A model generated the notes under the pieces. The model had not been told where the DNA came from, did not search any database, and saw nothing but the letters and a program-made list of their open reading frames with translations. A stretch of 64,000 bases of DNA from an uncultured Gemmatimonadota bacterium. Lineage in GTDB: Bacteria; Gemmatimonadota; CAZMKB01. The translations under genes and the position numbers were made by a program. Of the stretch, positions 59,296 to 64,000 are shown piece after piece (position 1 is the stretch's first letter; each line of letters opens with the position of its first letter). The stretch is taken from NCBI GenBank assembly GCA_964654825.1, contig CAZZKG010000006.1:3478-67477 (forward strand). Reading direction: 5' to 3'.

Positions 59296-61704
59296 ATGAA
59301 GCTCAGTATAAACAAAGAGGGCGAGATCATCGAACTCGAAGACATGTTACCGGTCATCCCGTTGCGGGATGTGGTCATCTATCCCAACATGGTCGTACCA
59401 CTTCTGGTCGGACGGGAGGCTTCGGTCGCCGCCCTCGAATTATCCATGCTGGGTGACAAACTACTGTTCCTGGCTCCCCAGCTCGAGAGTGACATAAGCG
59501 AACCCGAACCGGCGGACCTGTATGACATCGGGACCATATCCAGGATTCTCCAGATGGTAAAACTCCCGAATGGGACAGTGAAAGTTCTTGTCGAGGGGAT
59601 CGAACGGGCAATCCCGGTTGCCTACACGCAGGAGAAGGAGTATCTGAATGTTCAGATAGAGTTATTCTCGATGGGAGAGAAAAAGGGGAAGAAGATCGAA
59701 GCCATAGCCAGAAGATCCATGGCGCTGTTCGAAGATTATGTGAAATTCAACAATCGTCTTCCCGAAGAGCTCCTCGCAACTCTCCAAAACGTCTCGGGCA
59801 ACGTCCGGCTTCTCTATCTCATTGCGAGTCACCTGCTGCTCAAGCTTTCCGACAAGGTGGCACTCCTCGAGATTCCTACACTCTATGAAGCGTTCGAAGA
59901 GACGAACCGCATCATGGTTTCAGAGATCGAGATCCTCAAGCTCGAGAAGAAGATCGAGGGCGAAGTCAAGAGCCAGGTTCTCAAGAACCAGAAGGAATTC
60001 TACCTCCAGGAACAGCTGAAAGCCATCTACAAAGAACTGGGGGACGCGGAGGATCAAGGGGATGAGATACTCGAGCTTCAGGAAAAAGCCGAGAAGGTAG
60101 GCCTACCCAAGGATGTAATGGAAAAAGCTGAAAAAGAGATAAGAAAGCTTTCGAAAATGGCTCCCCTCTCACCCGAAGCCACTGTCATCAGGAATTATCT
60201 CGACTGGATCCTGGGTATACCCTGGAAGAAGAGGACACGAGACAATCTCTCGATCGAAGAGGCCGAGCGGATCCTCGACGAAGACCACTACGGCCTGGAA
60301 AAAGCGAAGGAAAGGATACTCGAATACATCGCGGTTCTCAAGCTTGTAGGGAAGATGAAGGGCCCGATCCTCTGTCTGGTCGGTCCCCCCGGTGTCGGCA
60401 AGACATCCCTGGCCCGATCGATCGGGAGGGCGCTCGGACGGAAAATCGTCAGGATCTCACTGGGGGGTATACGGGACGAGGCTGAGATCAGGGGACACAG
60501 GAAGACATACATCGGAGCCCTCCCGGGCAGGATCATCCAGGCGATGAAGAAAGCCGGTACGGTCAATCCGGTGATGCTGCTCGATGAGGTTGACAAGATG
60601 AGCGTCGACTTCCGGGGCGATCCATCGGCAGCCCTCCTCGAAGCCCTCGACCCCGAACAGAACCACGCATTCAGCGATCACTACCTCGAGGTCGACTACG
60701 ATCTCTCGAAAGTCATGTTTATAACTACGGCGAATGTCCTCTATTCCATCCATCCCGCTCTGAAGGACAGGATGGAGATCATCCGCCTCCCGGGCTACCT
60801 GGAAAACGAAAAGATCGAGATTGCCCGGCAGTTTCTGATTCCGAAGCAGTTGAAATCCCACGGGCTGAGTGCCGATCACGTGCAGTTCAGTAAAAAGGCA
60901 ATCAGTACTATAGTCACCAAATATACACGAGAGGCCGGTGTCCGAAATCTCGAGAGGGAGATCAGCAGGATATGCAGGAAAATAGCCCGGAGGGTGGCGG
61001 CGAAAGGACAACCCAGAAAGATGAAGATCGGCGAGAAAGAGATCTACCGGTACCTCGGTACGATCAAATTCTTCGAAGCGGAACTCGAAAAAACCGATGA
61101 AGTGGGAGTGGCGACGGGACTCGCCTGGACAGAAGCCGGTGGAGAAATCCTCTCGATCGAAGTGTCCGTCGTGCCCGGCAAAGGCGTCCTCACCCTCACC
61201 GGGAAACTCGGTGATGTGATGAAGGAGTCGGCCGAGGCCGCACTGTCATACATCAGGTCACGGGCCAAGCTGCTGAGTCTCGAAGACAACTTCCACAAAA
61301 AATACGACGTCCACGTTCACATCCCCGAGGGAGCAATACCGAAAGACGGCCCTTCCGCCGGGATAACAATAGCCACAGCCCTTATCTCAGCACTCGTCAA
61401 GCTGCCGGTGAAAAGAGACATCGCTCTCACCGGCGAGATCACCTTGCGGGGGAGGGTGCTTCCCATCGGCGGTCTCAAAGAAAAATCCGTTGCTGCCCTT
61501 CGAGCCGGTGCCAGGGTACTCGTTGCACCGGCAAAAAACGGAAAAGACCTCGAAGACCTGCCGGGCGAGGTGCGGAAGAACATGAAGATCACCCTCGTCG
61601 ACACTATGGATGACGTTCTCTCGATAGCGATTCCGGGTCTGGCCGCTCGGGGCGGCAAGAAAAAGAAAGTGCCCTCCGAGAGAGGACACGCGTACCCCCA
61701 CTAA
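59296..61704 (+). CDS. lon: Lon protease
   Basis: LON N-domain, Walker [12 protein letters not shown], catalytic [10 protein letters not shown]. Confidence 0.95.
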   Translation: MKLSINKEGEIIELEDMLPVIPLRDVVIYPNMVVPLLVGREASVAALELSMLGDKLLFLAPQLESDISEPEPADLYDIGTISRILQMVKLPNGTVKVLVEGIERAIPVAYTQEKEYLNVQIELFSMGEKKGKKIEAIARRSMALFEDYVKFNNRLPEELLATLQNVSGNVRLLYLIASHLLLKLSDKVALLEIPTLYEAFEETNRIMVSEIEILKLEKKIEGEVKSQVLKNQKEFYLQEQLKAIYKELGDAEDQGDEILELQEKAEKVGLPKDVMEKAEKEIRKLSKMAPLSPEATVIRNYLDWILGIPWKKRTRDNLSIEEAERILDEDHYGLEKAKERILEYIAVLKLVGKMKGPILCLVGPPGVGKTSLARSIGRALGRKIVRISLGGIRDEAEIRGHRKTYIGALPGRIIQAMKKAGTVNPVMLLDEVDKMSVDFRGDPSAALLEALDPEQNHAFSDHYLEVDYDLSKVMFITTANVLYSIHPALKDRMEIIRLPGYLENEKIEIARQFLIPKQLKSHGLSADHVQFSKKAISTIVTKYTREAGVRNLEREISRICRKIARRVAAKGQPRKMKIGEKEIYRYLGTIKFFEAELEKTDEVGVATGLAWTEAGGEILSIEVSVVPGKGVLTLTGKLGDVMKESAEAALSYIRSRAKLLSLEDNFHKKYDVHVHIPEGAIPKDGPSAGITIATALISALVKLPVKRDIALTGEITLRGRVLPIGGLKEKSVAALRAGARVLVAPAKNGKDLEDLPGEVRKNMKITLVDTMDDVLSIAIPGLAARGGKKKKVPSERGHAYPH

Positions 61705-61744
61705 TCCATAAGATTTCGATAAACACCTGGGCTGAACGACGCCA

Positions 61745-62332
61745 TTGAAAATCAGCACCGTCAAGCTCGTCAAGAAGATCCGTATCCAGGCGGACATCCC
61801 TGCGCGGGGCCCGGCCGAGGTCTGTTTCGTCGGCAGGTCGAACGTTGGAAAATCCTCAGCGATGAACACGCTCGTCGGCAGACATGTTCTCTCACCGGTG
61901 AGCAAGAATCCCGGGCGAACCAGACAACTCCTCTACTACCTGATCAATGAGAAATTCTATTTCGTCGATCTGCCCGGTTACGGGTTCGCCAGGCGGAACC
62001 AGGCCGATAGGGACAGGTGGCATGCGTTGCTGGATGCATATCTCGCTCGAGATACCAACCCGAAAGGGATTATCCACATCCTGGACATCAGGCACGATCC
62101 GAGTGAGCTCGACATGGAGATGATCTCCTGGCTTGCAGAGAGCGGCAAGCCGACTTTGATCCTCTTGACGAAAGCCGACAAGCTCTCGAAGGGAAAAATA
62201 AAAACGAGAGTCCTTCAGATCGCCCATGACATTCCGGGCATCGACCCTGGAAGTCTCATCTCCTTCTCGGCCAAGACAGGGGATGGGAAGAAAGACGTGT
62301 GGGGGGCAATCTCGTCGCTCCTTCGGATATAA
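61745..62332 (+). CDS. engB: Ribosome biogenesis GTP-binding protein YsxC/EngB
   Basis: GRSNVGKSSAMNTL G1, DLPGYGF G3, TKADK G4. Confidence 0.85.
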   Translation: MKISTVKLVKKIRIQADIPARGPAEVCFVGRSNVGKSSAMNTLVGRHVLSPVSKNPGRTRQLLYYLINEKFYFVDLPGYGFARRNQADRDRWHALLDAYLARDTNPKGIIHILDIRHDPSELDMEMISWLAESGKPTLILLTKADKLSKGKIKTRVLQIAHDIPGIDPGSLISFSAKTGDGKKDVWGAISSLLRI

Positions 62333-62585
62333 ATCAGAGCTCTCTTCCCTCAGATCGAATGTGCATCAGTGCCCTTCAAAACTCGATGGTTTGCTCGTGT
62401 GGTGCAAATATTCTAACGAACGTAAAGCGGCCGTATTGTTTCAGATAATAACGTATACCTGGATGAAATTCGGCTGAAAGTGTAGACATGTAATCATCAA
62501 AGTGATGAAATGACTGACGTGGATGGACCGCTCTTGATTGATCTTTATCAAATGAACACGTTAGTAATATATTCAAAGACCAGGA

Positions 62586-63502
62586 TCAGGCAGCCTGGCG
62601 ATAGTAAAACCGAAGCAGACCACCCAGGCGTTCCCGACATCGGATATCCTCATCAGTATCAACAGGTGTTGGTTCAGGATCAATGATCTGATTCGCAAGT
62701 CCTTGGTGATTCCGTTCCCGGTGGTAATGATCCAGGTAATTTCGAATAGTTCGCTGCAGTGATCCAACGCCGAAGAAGATCATCTTGTTCAGGCATTCAT
62801 GTTTTATGGATTTCACAAAGCGTTCAGCAAAAGCATTGCAATTCGGGGCTCTTACGGGGAGTGCGTGATTCCTGCAAGATAGACTTTTCGGGTCGAAAGC
62901 TCCATGAAGAATAGGATATAGAACGTTACAAGGCTACTGAGTGTCCACACCTCGACGGTGAAGAAATCGGCTGCAGTAAAGGTCTCCCAATGGACCTTCA
63001 AGAATGTGTTCCAGGTTGTTCGTTTCATACGCTCAGGTGCTGGCTCGATGCCATGACGCTTCAAGATATTTGCAATGGAGGTGGGAGCGACCTTGTGGCC
63101 GAGATTCTTCAGGGTACCTTGGATTCTATCATATCCCCAGCTCGAATTTTCGGTAGCCATGCGAACTACCAACTCGGTAATCTTCTTCATGACCGGTGGC
63201 CGTCCAGGACCCTTTCTCGGACAGGTCCATTTCAAGGCTGTGAGCTTTCGATGCCAGGCGATCAGGGTATCGGGAGTCACGATGGTGGCAAACCTGAATA
63301 GGAGCTTATGACCCAGTATCTTACTCTTCCTTGCAAGCCTGCGGCGCTGGTCATCGTTCAGCCTGAGACGTCTTCCTTTGTGGAGTTCCTTTAAAACTCG
63401 GTTTTCCTCGATAAGGTAATCAATGATATTCTGCTGATGCCTGTTGACCCAGCCAGAGAAGACCATCAGGAGCAGTTGTAGGGGTTGAAGTGTCGTTTTC
63501 AT
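62586..63502 (-). pseudogene. Degraded DDE (rve/integrase-core) transposase: N-terminal HTH + start of catalytic domain (62852-63502) and C-terminal fragment (62586-62816) in different frames, with the middle of the catalytic core missing
   Basis: N-part has the HTH and early rve region (TAADFFTVEVW...MELSTRKVYLAGITH). C-part has the rve C-terminal signature ...HYHRERNHQGL. The two parts are in different frames, and the combined length is ~100 aa short. Confidence 0.6.
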
Positions 63503-63564
63503 AGTCCGGAGATATTATACTCAACCGTCTGCAAAGCAAGCTTTATGTTTCGGTCCAATAAATG

Positions 63565-63760
63565 GACCCTTCGGGGTCCTGTTGAGAAACAGCAGTGAAA
63601 TGTTCGTGCCGGATCGGCACTGATGGGAGCACACGATTCACAACTGCTTGGGAGATAAAGGATCGGGAGATTATCCAGGAAATATCTGGTGGTGGGATGG
63701 ACACGGAACACTGTACTTCGATCGTGGAAAACCACGAACGGGAACGGTGACAATAATACC
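63565..63760. repeat. Dispersed repeat copy 2 (paralogue of 316-520), in the leader region of the degraded transposase
   Basis: See copy 1. Confidence 0.6.
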
Positions 63761-63817
63761 CGACCTTCCCGGGCATCAGCCGGCTACAGCACCCCTACTC
63801 ATGCCGGATCGCGTCCA

Positions 63818-63847
63818 CCGTAAATGGTGACTATCCCTGTTTATACT
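63818..63847. repeat. Degenerate REP copy (CCGTAAATGGTGACTATCCCTGTTTATAC)
   Basis: Two mismatches to the REP core GGTGACTGTCCC. Confidence 0.5.
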
Positions 63848-64000
63848 TCGCTGCTCGTGGTGCAGGCGGTTAAAACCGGATCCGGGCCGCGCAGGTGAAG
63901 CTTGTGAAGTACTTCGTCCACATGGTGTCTGTGGATCGATATTCATTATCGTATAAAAGATAATCCACCAGTGATTCCCTGACCCGCATCAGTTCCCGAA

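Overview
The 64-kb window reads as a high-GC (~55-60% by eye) bacterial genome segment, probably from an FCB-superphylum-like uncultivated lineage. The lineage guess rests on a lamin-tail-domain protein carrying a T9SS type-B-like C-terminal domain. The window has four parts. (a) 1-21.9 kb is an accessory region with secreted/surface proteins, GT39, folC-accD, an IS200-like REP-associated tyrosine transposase (RAYT) flanked by its own REP elements, and a low-GC island with a nonsense-interrupted Ldh_2 gene. (b) 21.9-51.6 kb is a ~30-kb co-directional minus-strand block: PNP-rimI-tsaB-tsaE-uvrB-relA/spoT-radC, then a large polysaccharide biosynthesis locus. (c) 52.4-62.3 kb holds the housekeeping dnaK-htrA, tRNA-Leu(TAG), and tig-clpP-clpX-lon-engB. 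(d) 62.5-64 kb holds a degraded DDE transposase and a dispersed repeat. The polysaccharide locus contains a priming sugar transferase, Wza, Wzx, five GT4s, a GT39, a UGM-like FAD enzyme, a PIG-L deacetylase and four alkaline-phosphatase-superfamily enzymes. Those four share a conserved C-terminal '...LGY[LVI]x' tail. REP elements built on the core GGGACAGTCACC occur at five or more loci. One is a perfect 25-bp inverted doublet inside the polysaccharide operon. Two supply stop codons to adjacent genes. All hand-derived coordinates may be off by 1-2 nt.
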